DNA of 64,000 nucleotides from Candidatus Sumerlaeales bacterium (GTDB lineage: Bacteria > Sumerlaeota > Sumerlaeia > Sumerlaeales > Sumerlaeaceae). The notes under the pieces were generated by a model. That model was given only the letters and a program-made list of their open reading frames with translations, had not been told where the DNA came from and did not search any database. Shown here in pieces: positions 30,913 through 39,869 of this stretch. The stretch's first letter is position 1. Every line of letters begins with the position of its first letter. Where the stretch lies: positions 32,001 to 96,000 of the forward strand of contig JBBSQY010000001.1 in NCBI GenBank assembly GCA_038243585.1, given 5' to 3'. A program made the translations under genes and the position numbers.

Positions 30913-32718
30913 TCAGCTAAGCAGCCGCACATCCGAAGAATCAACTATCGCCAGTATTGATTCCCACCGCTCCGCCTGTCTGTCCCCGGCGGATTCGTTA
31001 TCAATTTTGATGTTTAGCCGCCTCACAGACCTCGCCAGGTAGTTTAGCTTCAGAAGCACATCATAAAATGGCGAGAGTTTTCTCAATGTTCCGCGGTCAG
31101 TGTCCGGTAATTTGCGGTAATATGAATTATTAAACCTGGCGATTATCTCCGGGTTACCTTCACACATGGTGTCGTGTACCAATGAGATGTCCCGGGCCGG
31201 CACTCCCCACTCCACCGTTGAATTATCCAGCAGACAGTAGCGGCCGTCTGCCATAAACAGTCCGTTTTCCCGATGGAGATTATTGTGGACGAGCGTGTAA
31301 TGGCGCAGCGCGGCAAATGTATCTTTCCAGCCTAGCAGCCAATCGTTTACCTGCTTCTGTCCCTCACTCACGTTCTTCACCCCTTCCAGCTTGCTGATCT
31401 GTGCAACCCGAGCCAGTTGGCGTTTGGCGCGACGAACAATCGTCGCATAATGATCCTCCAGCCTGATCATGTCCGCAGGTCCCCATTTGTTATTATGCAC
31501 AGAATGCATACGCGCCATTTCATCGGTCACGGCCTCCAACTCGCGCTCGGTCATCGATCCGCCCCGCACGAACTTTCCTTCTACAAACTCCTCCAGCATA
31601 AAAAGAGCGCCGGTTCTGCCATTCTTTTTCAGACTCAACACCTTGGGCACCCTAATGTTGTGACTACTCAGCATTCCAGCGGCGGCGTTGTAACGGTGAG
31701 CTTCAAAGTGTCTGTGCGCGGGATACACGCGCAAAATAACACTCTTATCGTTCACAGTAACCTTCCGCACCAGGCTACGCATTCCGTATAGCGGCATCTC
31801 GATTGCAACTTTAAGCGACTCATCTTGCGGATTGTGACCCAGCTCAACAGGGATATTGCGGCGCACATAACGTTTCACTGCAATCTCCAGATGCAGGGCC
31901 TGATTTAAGTCCAGTGGCCATGACCGCAATTGAACAAGCGGCTCTGCCTTTCGCCTTAGCACCCGACCCCGGTCAATGCCCACAACCACCAGATTCTCAA
32001 GCCACGGCAGAAGTTCTGCAAATGGCGTCCGCGTAGCTACCACCGCCAGCAACCACGCCCCTGGCACAGCTCCCAGGTAAATATCAGAAAGCCAGGTAGT
32101 CCCCGCAATACAACGGGCAAGCGATGCTGCAAATCCCAAAACGACAGCGGCAACACCCCACTTGCGAGCCTTCATGAAAATAAGCGTGAAGCCCCACACC
32201 AACATAAACCAGGCTTCGTCCGATGGGAAGGTATGTCTTTCCTTAGGGGTAAAATCCGTCCAGCCATATATCTTACGCAGATTCTCGAAAGACTTTACCG
32301 TAAAGGCGGGGCTCTGCCGATTCACAATAAGGTCAACTTGCTTTTCAATGACCATTGCTATGGCAAGCACCACGACCATAAAAAGGATAAATGCAAAACG
32401 ACGATAGCGATCTAACTGGTCGTTCGCCCGGTAAAGATAAATCACCAGTCCGATAAGTACAGGTATTATAAACTGGAGTCGCCGGTCTTCAACAGCAAAC
32501 AGTCGAATCAAACGATCAAAAACCGGGGAGTTTGCCACCAGCGGATTAAGTTGATTAAACCCAAGATAATCCAGGATAAGAATTTGTTCCACAACAGCCG
32601 GGACACAGCAAAGGGCGATTAGGGCGATGCAAAACATTAGCGGCACCGTGGCATTTTTCCACGCAAGTTCTTTAGAAAAAATCATTCTCGCCAAACCCAA
32701 CAATATCATTCGTTGCAC
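30913..32718 (-). CDS. Membrane PAP2-like domain fused to APH/choline-kinase-like domain
   Basis: TM region with TFPSDEA and ARCIAGTTWLSD; C-terminal LVHNNLHREN...LLD...G.PARD. Confidence 0.75.
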   Translation of the reverse strand: MQRMILLGLARMIFSKELAWKNATVPLMFCIALIALCCVPAVVEQILILDYLGFNQLNPLVANSPVFDRLIRLFAVEDRRLQFIIPVLIGLVIYLYRANDQLDRYRRFAFILFMVVVLAIAMVIEKQVDLIVNRQSPAFTVKSFENLRKIYGWTDFTPKERHTFPSDEAWFMLVWGFTLIFMKARKWGVAAVVLGFAASLARCIAGTTWLSDIYLGAVPGAWLLAVVATRTPFAELLPWLENLVVVGIDRGRVLRRKAEPLVQLRSWPLDLNQALHLEIAVKRYVRRNIPVELGHNPQDESLKVAIEMPLYGMRSLVRKVTVNDKSVILRVYPAHRHFEAHRYNAAAGMLSSHNIRVPKVLSLKKNGRTGALFMLEEFVEGKFVRGGSMTERELEAVTDEMARMHSVHNNKWGPADMIRLEDHYATIVRRAKRQLARVAQISKLEGVKNVSEGQKQVNDWLLGWKDTFAALRHYTLVHNNLHRENGLFMADGRYCLLDNSTVEWGVPARDISLVHDTMCEGNPEIIARFNNSYYRKLPDTDRGTLRKLSPFYDVLLKLNYLARSVRRLNIKIDNESAGDRQAERWESILAIVDSSDVRLLS

Positions 32719-32995
32719 TAATCTCTTTTGGGGACCTTACCACTGCCCCCCATACCAAACGGAATTATTCGGGTTTTACTTTAAGCCTGAAGATAAAAAT
32801 AGCAGCCATACCTGTCTGTCCTGATTTTTCTTTTTCCGAAGTTAAAGAAACTCCAGCTCCTTAACGTTCCATCCAATAGCCATTATTGCAAAGCACCGTG
32901 ATTGCCATTTCAAACCGGCGGACCACGCACGCTCCTATTTACAGGTTGGTCGGGTAATTCTTGCATATGGGGCAGGGGTCTATTCTAATCGGTCC

Positions 32996-34096
32996 ATGAT
33001 GATCGATAGAGCATGGTTTCGCTTGGGTTTTGCATGCTGCGTGGCGGTGAGTTCTGGTTTTTCCGGGGCTTGGGCGGCGGGGTTTGTTTTGGATGGACAA
33101 CTTGTCGTGGCTGATGCGGCGACGTCGCGGGTGGTGGAGCTTTCGGGTTCTGGCGCGCGATCGGTGGGGGGCGAGGCTGAGCGGGTTTCGAAGTATTGGG
33201 GCGCGTTGGGCGATGGCCGTTTGCTGGTTACGCTGGAACATTCTCATGAGGCGGTTGCCGGGACTGCGAATGCCGTGATGGATGCCGTGGATGAGGCTGT
33301 ACCGGGTCATACGTGCTCGACATCATCGCCTGGGGAGGCGGCTGTTCTGGTGAACGCGGACGGGTCTCGAGGGGCGGCGGTTTGTCCGGATGTTTTACGG
33401 GCTTATCCGGCACCGGTGGGTAACCGGATTGCGATTATATCTCCTGAACGGGATTTGCAGCTTTGGGATGATGGCGAACTGACGACGGTGACGGCTCCGG
33501 GGCGGGTGAGTAATGCGGGGTGGTCTCCGGATGGGCAGCGGCTGGTGGTTTCTGTTTATCCGCCGGACTGGTCGGAGGGAGCGGTGAGCAGCGCCCTGAC
33601 TACGGCAGAATTTTTGCGGCTCCAGAATGCGGATTTGTATTTGTATGATGTGGCGCGGGGTGAGTTTGTCTCTCACCTTACGGATAATCCGGGTACGGAG
33701 TATGGTGCTTTCTTTTCTGAGGATGGACGGTCGCTTTTTTATATCTGGCTGCATCTTACAGAGGACATTGGCGGGCTGATGCGGATGGAACTGGACCTGG
33801 ATGATCGGACTTCGGCTTCGACGCCGGCGTTGCAACTGACGCAGGCAGGTGAAGATATTGGCGAGACGCCGCTGGGGCGGGTGGGCACTTATGTGTGGAC
33901 TCGGGACAATAACCAGCTTGTGTTTGAGGCGGGGCGTCCGGATGGGTCGGGGGTTATCTGGGCAATGGCGGCTAATGGCCAGGCCGCTGTAGCTGTGGCC
34001 GCGGGACGAACGCCGCAGCGACTCTCGGACCGGGAGGTCATCTTCCAGGATGGCCTTGGGGCTATTCAGGTCGCCACGCCGGAGGTGCAGCCATGA
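32996..34096 (+). CDS. Secreted TolB/PD40-like beta-propeller protein
   Basis: Signal peptide; WSPDGQRL and FSEDGRSL repeats; overlaps next start (ATGA). Confidence 0.75.
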   Translation: MMIDRAWFRLGFACCVAVSSGFSGAWAAGFVLDGQLVVADAATSRVVELSGSGARSVGGEAERVSKYWGALGDGRLLVTLEHSHEAVAGTANAVMDAVDEAVPGHTCSTSSPGEAAVLVNADGSRGAAVCPDVLRAYPAPVGNRIAIISPERDLQLWDDGELTTVTAPGRVSNAGWSPDGQRLVVSVYPPDWSEGAVSSALTTAEFLRLQNADLYLYDVARGEFVSHLTDNPGTEYGAFFSEDGRSLFYIWLHLTEDIGGLMRMELDLDDRTSASTPALQLTQAGEDIGETPLGRVGTYVWTRDNNQLVFEAGRPDGSGVIWAMAANGQAAVAVAAGRTPQRLSDREVIFQDGLGAIQVATPEVQP

Positions 34097-36153
34097 AGCA
34101 TTTTAACTTAAAACCGGCCACGCTGGCTCCCGCATTTGCGGCGGCGCTTTGGGCTTTTTGTGCCGCTGGTCATGCGGCTCCGGCGGAGACGGCTCCCGCA
34201 TTTGGATGGCCTTTTGGCAGTTCAAACCGTTATGTGACGGCTGCCTTTGATCTTGATCGCGCCACCGGATCGCAAGCAGACTGGACCGGATGGTTTTCTG
34301 GCGAGGCAACGGCGGGCTCTGGTCATGCGTATGATAACCATGCCGGCCATGATTACGGGATGCCGACCGGAAGTGACTTGTATGCCGTGGCCAACGGCAG
34401 GGTCAACGCTATCCGGGAATCGGTTCCCAATGATGATCACAGCGATACGGGCAACTATCTTATTGTTGATCATAAGGCCGCCACTGGCACAGCCGTGGGA
34501 GGAAAAGATTATCGCAGCCGCTATTGGCACCTGGCGCAAAACGGGGTGATTCCGAGTGCCGTTGGCACGGCTGTGACTAAGGGGGCGCAGGTTGCAGATT
34601 CTGACAATACAGGCAATTCCACTGGCCCTCACCTGCACTATGGGATCTCGCTGTTGCCGAGCGACCAGCTGACCTGTGCGTTTTATCATGGATGGTGGGA
34701 AAATGATGAGTTTTTCACCCACACTACGCGGCCTTGCATCGTGTACCTGAACACAGGATCGGATTTTTTGAACTGTCGGGAAGGGGCGTCTGCGGGCTAT
34801 AATATTATCACGTCTTTTCCGCCGAACACTCAGGTTGTGGCCACCCAGCAAAATAACTGGTGGCGGGTGATGCTGCCGCTGCCGCCGGCATCGGTGGGCG
34901 AGTCCAGAACCGTGGGCGGTGGGTTGGCCAGCGGTTACAGTGAGGCAGGCGTCTGGTCGAATTTGGCTGAGAAATCTGGAGCGGTGAGCGCAACCGATGA
35001 CGATCCGAACCGGGTCATTCTCGAAGGGGCGGGAAGCCGGGCTTCGACGTTTGCCACCACAGGGGACGCGGCCGACTTCGCTACGTTTAATTTTACGATG
35101 CCGTACCAGGCGGGTTTGTATGATGTTTATGCGACCTGGCCGAAGCAGGCTAATGCCGCCAATGTAACCTATCGAGTGGCTCACGCGGGCGGAACGACAG
35201 ACGTTCCGGTTAATCAAAATGGTAATTTGCTGCCGGCGGGCATCGGAACGAAAGCGAATCCGTACCTGATCGCAAGAAATCCATTCGTGGTGAATCACAC
35301 CACGGTGGGCGCTCCTGATGAATGGAATCTTTATACGCCGGAGGGAAGCAATCTGCCCCAGCAAGGGCCGGAAAATCTTTACAAATTCACGCTGACAAAA
35401 CCCGGTACCGTAACTGTGACGGTGGATCATGCAGGATATCCGACGAAGGATATTGATCTGCACCTGCTGAGTTCGGCGAACCCGGCAACGTGTTTCCTGA
35501 GGGCGAACTGGACCATGACTACGACCCTGGCGACGGGGACTTATTATCTGGCGTGCGATTCCTATGGCACTGGCGCGGCTGGTGAATTGGCCGCAAGCCC
35601 CTATAAACTGACGGTTTCGTTTTCTGAAGATCAGCCTTTTCCTGATAGCTGGGTTAAGCTGGGACAGTTTAACTATACTGCCGGCGCCGCGGGCAGTGTG
35701 CAGGTGCGAGAGGCGGGGGTAACGGGTCGGATAGATGGGTCGGTTCCCGGGCAGGTCGTTGCGGATGCCATTAAGCTGGTGCCCCGGATTACTCGGCGCA
35801 CCGGCTGGATCAGCAATGGAATCGCAACGCGGATCAACACCGCCACTACTCCGGTGTCCAGCGTGTTGATCAAAACCGACGCCACCAGCCTGGGTGATTC
35901 CAACGATATCAGTGAGTTCGTGGAAGTGCCTATTTATACGCAGGCGGGCATCGGACAGGACAATCCGTCGCCGCTTGCAGGGAAGGCAGTGACGGGCCAG
36001 CGTTTCGTCTGCACGGGGCGCGCCGGGGACTGGTACCGGGTCAGTCTGACTAACGGCACAGCAGCCGCCAGCGGTTGGATACTGGGTGACCATCTTATTG
36101 GCTGGAACATGAACCAAGTGTCCGAAGTCCAGGAGTGGAGCCTCTACGATTAA
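34093..36153 (+). CDS. Secreted M23 metallopeptidase with SH3-, golvesin- and PPC-like domains and C-terminal WxLY tail
   Basis: HAGHD (HxxxD) and STGPHLHY zinc motifs; ends SEVQEWSLYD. Confidence 0.85.
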   Translation: MKHFNLKPATLAPAFAAALWAFCAAGHAAPAETAPAFGWPFGSSNRYVTAAFDLDRATGSQADWTGWFSGEATAGSGHAYDNHAGHDYGMPTGSDLYAVANGRVNAIRESVPNDDHSDTGNYLIVDHKAATGTAVGGKDYRSRYWHLAQNGVIPSAVGTAVTKGAQVADSDNTGNSTGPHLHYGISLLPSDQLTCAFYHGWWENDEFFTHTTRPCIVYLNTGSDFLNCREGASAGYNIITSFPPNTQVVATQQNNWWRVMLPLPPASVGESRTVGGGLASGYSEAGVWSNLAEKSGAVSATDDDPNRVILEGAGSRASTFATTGDAADFATFNFTMPYQAGLYDVYATWPKQANAANVTYRVAHAGGTTDVPVNQNGNLLPAGIGTKANPYLIARNPFVVNHTTVGAPDEWNLYTPEGSNLPQQGPENLYKFTLTKPGTVTVTVDHAGYPTKDIDLHLLSSANPATCFLRANWTMTTTLATGTYYLACDSYGTGAAGELAASPYKLTVSFSEDQPFPDSWVKLGQFNYTAGAAGSVQVREAGVTGRIDGSVPGQVVADAIKLVPRITRRTGWISNGIATRINTATTPVSSVLIKTDATSLGDSNDISEFVEVPIYTQAGIGQDNPSPLAGKAVTGQRFVCTGRAGDWYRVSLTNGTAAASGWILGDHLIGWNMNQVSEVQEWSLYD

Positions 36154-36693
36154 TTAAAGGCGGGCGAATCAAGATCGCGGCGGCGCTGACGGATAGGAAA
36201 TCGGTCGGGCCGCCGCGGTAGCCTGCAAAGGATTTTGCGAATGGCTTTCCGTCGTAATTACGTATAAAAATGACGTCGTAGGTTTTTACGGCGGATTCCC
36301 TTGTTGGTAAAGGCCGAGCGGCGGTTTTACCAAAAGCGGAGGTTTTTGTGCCGCTCAACGTTGTGGGCCGGGGGGTTGCGAGATGTTTTGCGCACGTTTT
36401 TGCATTTTTCTTTTTTTCGTGGTTTTTGCTGTCAAATCTCATGGTACTGGTGTGTCTCATCGTCGTCTGTCTCCTTTGGAATTGGTTGTATTTAAGGGAG
36501 ACATTAGTCGGCGAAACGGGGCTGGGTATTCCCGCACGGGGTCTTAAGTGCGATTTTTGAAGATTTTGACACGACGGCCGAAAGGCACTAAGGAAAGCAA
36601 AAGATTGAACAGCAGATGGCTGGCAGAGAACGGTGTGCGGCTGAATTAACGCATAGGCTATTCAATAATGACACCCCAAGAGGTACCATATTT

Positions 36694-36915
36694 ATGAGCC
36701 TGGAACGCATAACTGTCGACCCGCATCAGTGTGGTGGTCGTCCATGTATTAGAGGTCTACGTATTCGCGTAAAAGACATACTGGAACTTTTGGCCGCAGG
36801 CAATACGCCTAAGGAAATTTTAGAAACATACCCATACCTGGAAGTTGACGACATCCCTGCGGTTCTTGAATATGCTGCCCGACAGGTAGACCATCCGATT
36901 TTAAGATCAGCCTGA
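36694..36915 (+). CDS. DUF433 antitoxin
   Basis: ITVDPHQCGGRPCIRGLRIRV...YPYLEVDDI; GAGG RBS. Confidence 0.92.
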   Translation: MSLERITVDPHQCGGRPCIRGLRIRVKDILELLAAGNTPKEILETYPYLEVDDIPAVLEYAARQVDHPILRSA

Positions 36916-36919
36916 AACC

Positions 36920-37249
36920 GTGGATTTTTTAATCGACGCCCAACTGCCTCCCGCACTAGCGGATTGGCTGGCGGCGGAGGGGCATCACGCCGCGCACGTT
37001 GTTGATCTTGGGCTGATTGCGTCGTCGGATTCGGAAATCTGGAATTACGCTGCCCGCAACAACCAAGTGATAGTGACAAAAGACGAAGACTTCGCCATAC
37101 GCGCCATCCACAATTCCGCTGGCCCGCCGATCGTTTGGGTGAGAATAGGCAACTGCGGCAACAATGCGCTGCGTAAATGGTTGATTCCGCTTTTTCCTCT
37201 GGCTGTCAATGCGTTAGAGTCAGGGGAGAAGCTTGTTGAGCTAGCTTGA
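36920..37249 (+). CDS. DUF5615 PIN-like toxin (VapC45-like)
   Basis: FLIDAQLP...D.EIW.YA...IVTKDEDF...VWVRIGN. Confidence 0.9.
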   Translation: MDFLIDAQLPPALADWLAAEGHHAAHVVDLGLIASSDSEIWNYAARNNQVIVTKDEDFAIRAIHNSAGPPIVWVRIGNCGNNALRKWLIPLFPLAVNALESGEKLVELA

Positions 37250-37277
37250 CAAATAACAAAGATCGCCGATTAGCAAT

Positions 37278-37409
37278 TTAATGACATGTTTGCCGATTAA
37301 CCTGATTGCCATGGCGAGTTATTGTGACACGCTCCCCTTTCTCCACCGGGGCAATAAGACTGGCCAGCCTGGTTTTTGCGTCATAAACACCTACAATTGT
37401 TTCAGACAT
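37278..37409 (-). pseudogene. Truncated Phd/YefM antitoxin (43 aa, not in ORF track)
   Basis: Manual translation MSETIVGVYDAKTRLASLIAPVEKGERVTITRHGNQVNRQTCH*; GAGGGG RBS. Confidence 0.75.
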
Positions 37410-37604
37410 TTCAACACGCCCCTCAAATTGAAATTGTGCCGAGTTATCGGACAGCCGTTTAGTCTTTACGGAATTAGGCTATTCAATTTCCGCCTCCGTA
37501 AGAGGTTCCAACACGGAATTTGGATCAAGCCATTTTTAGGGAATTCTCTATATATATCAACGAGGATCATTATGATCAGGGTAAGCATGTGGGGCTGACC
37601 GCGA

Positions 37605-37708
37605 GGCTAAAGCGGGGGGCAAGCCACGCTAAAGCGCGCTTTGGTTTTCTCTTTCAGTTATACCCCCCACATAAATGCGGGGGCAAAGACTGGGCGGCTA
37701 AAGCCGCC
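37605..37708. repeat. REP-like palindrome cluster (GCTAAAGC family)
   Basis: GGCTAAAGC, CGCTAAAGCG, CCCCCACATAAATGCGGGGG, GGCGGCTAAAGCCGCC. Confidence 0.65.
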
Positions 37709-38059
37709 AAACTGGCTTCTCTAGCGCGGCTAGCAGAATTTCGCAACCGATCTAAAACCTGGTCAGTTCTTTTTGACTGCCCAGTATGGTTCGCGGAGAG
37801 TACGCCGGGGAATAGGAGCGAAGACGCTGCCCCCGGTCGGTTCAAGCACGGAATCCATATAGGCCTCGTCTTCCATCTGTCATAATCACAGAATTGCGAT
37901 GCTATTCTGCTTCAGGATTAACCGCATATTCTCCGCTCTCTGCGCCCCTCCCCGCCTCTGGGCCTCTGCGTTAAATGCTTTTCGTTCTTTTACTTTTCCT
38001 TCGCGCCCTCCGCGCCTTTGCGTCAAATTACTCAGCCCCACATTTACCCCCAGGCGCTT

Positions 38060-39673
38060 TTACTTCGTCTTCAACTCCAGTTCCATTACCACGTCCAGCT
38101 TTCGCAGGCGGGCGGTCAGTTCTTTGGCTGGTAATTCCTGCACGTCTGTGCTGGCTTTGCTTGCCATGGCTGCGGCTACTCCGGCGGCCTCGCCTATTAT
38201 CATGTATTGCGGCTCCATGCGCAAGGTGCTGTAGGCTACGTGGCTGGCTGACATACATACCGGCACGAGGAGATTCCGGGCTTCCTGCTTTTTGGGCAGC
38301 ATCACGCGGTAAGGAATCTGGTACGGCGCTTTTACTTTGACCTGCATGTCGCCTTCGTTTTCTGCATGGCCCTGCGCGTTTTCGAACCGTTGCACGTTGT
38401 GGCTGTCGCTCATGTAGCTGCCCATCCCTATCACGTCTGGCTTGGTGATGCTTGTCTGGATATCATTCTGCGACATCACAAAATCACCCACCATGCGGCG
38501 GCCTTCGCGGACGTAGAGCTGGCGGGGCCAGTTGTCTGTATCTTTAAACTCATTTGCCGCCAGGCCCCAGGTGTTCATCTCGTCGCGCAGGGATTTCGGC
38601 ATCCGCTCATCGTGAGCCAGGAAGTAGAAGAAGCCGGCGGTGTAGTCGTAATGATCCTGCCAGATGGCTTTGCGCCCGGCATAGGTGCCATCGGGATAAC
38701 CCCAGCTTCCGCCAATGTGATCGGTGGAAAACGCGCCGTAGTTGTTGATATCAATTTTGCCGTTCTGGATTTTATCCATGCGCATCAGGTCAATGCACTT
38801 TGGCGGTTTTCCGTCTTTCGCGGTCTTGGCTTCCACCAGGCGCGCCAGCAGATCGAAGCGTTTCGCATCGTAATTATCAGGCTTGGGCCAGGATGTTATG
38901 TTGTCCTCACGCTGGGTCGCTATCACCCGGAAATTGTAAGCCTGCACCTTGTGATCCTGTGCGCCGGTCTCGCCCTTGGGGTTGTCCTGTATGCCGGGCA
39001 TCAGTTTGCCGTTTTGATCGCGGGCTTTCACATCCACAAGAAACTGGTGGATTGGGGTCCGCTCGCGGACGCCGGCCAGCGATTCGCCGTAGGCGGCCAT
39101 GCTCTCGCGGCCGATGGTGTATTTTACGCCCGCCTGGGCCATGAGATCGCCTTCGTAGCTGCAATCTATAAATACATCGCCCTTGTACGCCTTGCCGTTT
39201 TCCATGCGCACGCTCTCGATGATGCCGTTGGCGCTGGTGGTTACGCCGTCGTGCTCGGCCAGGCGACTGTCGAATATCAGTGTCGCGCTCGTCTCTTTCA
39301 GCATTGCATTCATCATGGCTTCCACGGTGTGAGGTTCGGGGAAACGCTCCATTATACGCTTGCCATCATACTGCACGCCCAGCCGGCGATACATCTCGCG
39401 GGCAAACCCGCCTATAGCGTACTTGTTTCCGAAATCGGATTTGCTCAGGCCGCCCGTGGCCATGCCGCCGATGTGTCTAGAGGGCTCGAGTAAAACCACC
39501 GAGCTGCCTTCCCGACTCGCCGCATAAGCCGCAGCCACGCCCCCGGCAGTGCCGCCGTAAATGACGACGTCGAAGGATTGCGTCGTGGAGGTGGTCTCTG
39601 CCGCAAACACCGCCAGCCCTGAACTCAAAACCACTGACGCACAAACAATCGCAAACAGCCTGGAACCAAACAT
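38060..39673 (-). CDS. Secreted FAD-dependent oxidoreductase (FAD_oxidored family)
   Basis: DVVIYGGTAGG, DCSYEGDL, YVREGRR, SASHVAYSTLRMEP motifs; signal peptide. Confidence 0.9.
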   Translation of the reverse strand: MFGSRLFAIVCASVVLSSGLAVFAAETTSTTQSFDVVIYGGTAGGVAAAYAASREGSSVVLLEPSRHIGGMATGGLSKSDFGNKYAIGGFAREMYRRLGVQYDGKRIMERFPEPHTVEAMMNAMLKETSATLIFDSRLAEHDGVTTSANGIIESVRMENGKAYKGDVFIDCSYEGDLMAQAGVKYTIGRESMAAYGESLAGVRERTPIHQFLVDVKARDQNGKLMPGIQDNPKGETGAQDHKVQAYNFRVIATQREDNITSWPKPDNYDAKRFDLLARLVEAKTAKDGKPPKCIDLMRMDKIQNGKIDINNYGAFSTDHIGGSWGYPDGTYAGRKAIWQDHYDYTAGFFYFLAHDERMPKSLRDEMNTWGLAANEFKDTDNWPRQLYVREGRRMVGDFVMSQNDIQTSITKPDVIGMGSYMSDSHNVQRFENAQGHAENEGDMQVKVKAPYQIPYRVMLPKKQEARNLLVPVCMSASHVAYSTLRMEPQYMIIGEAAGVAAAMASKASTDVQELPAKELTARLRKLDVVMELELKTK

Positions 39674-39869
39674 AATTTTCTCACCCATGAACGTATTATG
39701 CACCTTGATTGCCGCCAAAATGCTTATGTGTAAACCCTAAAGGGGCATGGAACGAAACGGGGGGCGGCGTATTCGTATTAGCCGCACCCGGACGAATGCG
39801 TTTGACTCTGTTGGAACAATTTGTTTTCCTTCTATTTCCCATAGCTTGATCATGTCAGGAGGCAGTTTC

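Larger units (their letters stand above)
36564..38027. mobile_element. Small cassette bounded by degenerate inverted repeats, carrying TA genes
   Basis: 36564-36646 aligns in inverted orientation with 37917-38027; no transposase inside. Confidence 0.4.

Noticed and set aside
34222..36117. 631-aa antisense ORF
   Set aside because: Shadow of the M23 gene on the opposite strand; no recognisable motifs.
36095..36460. 121-aa minus-strand ORF with an AGGAG RBS
   Set aside because: Low-complexity skewed sequence that overlaps the M23 gene end; no recognisable domain, so not supportable.
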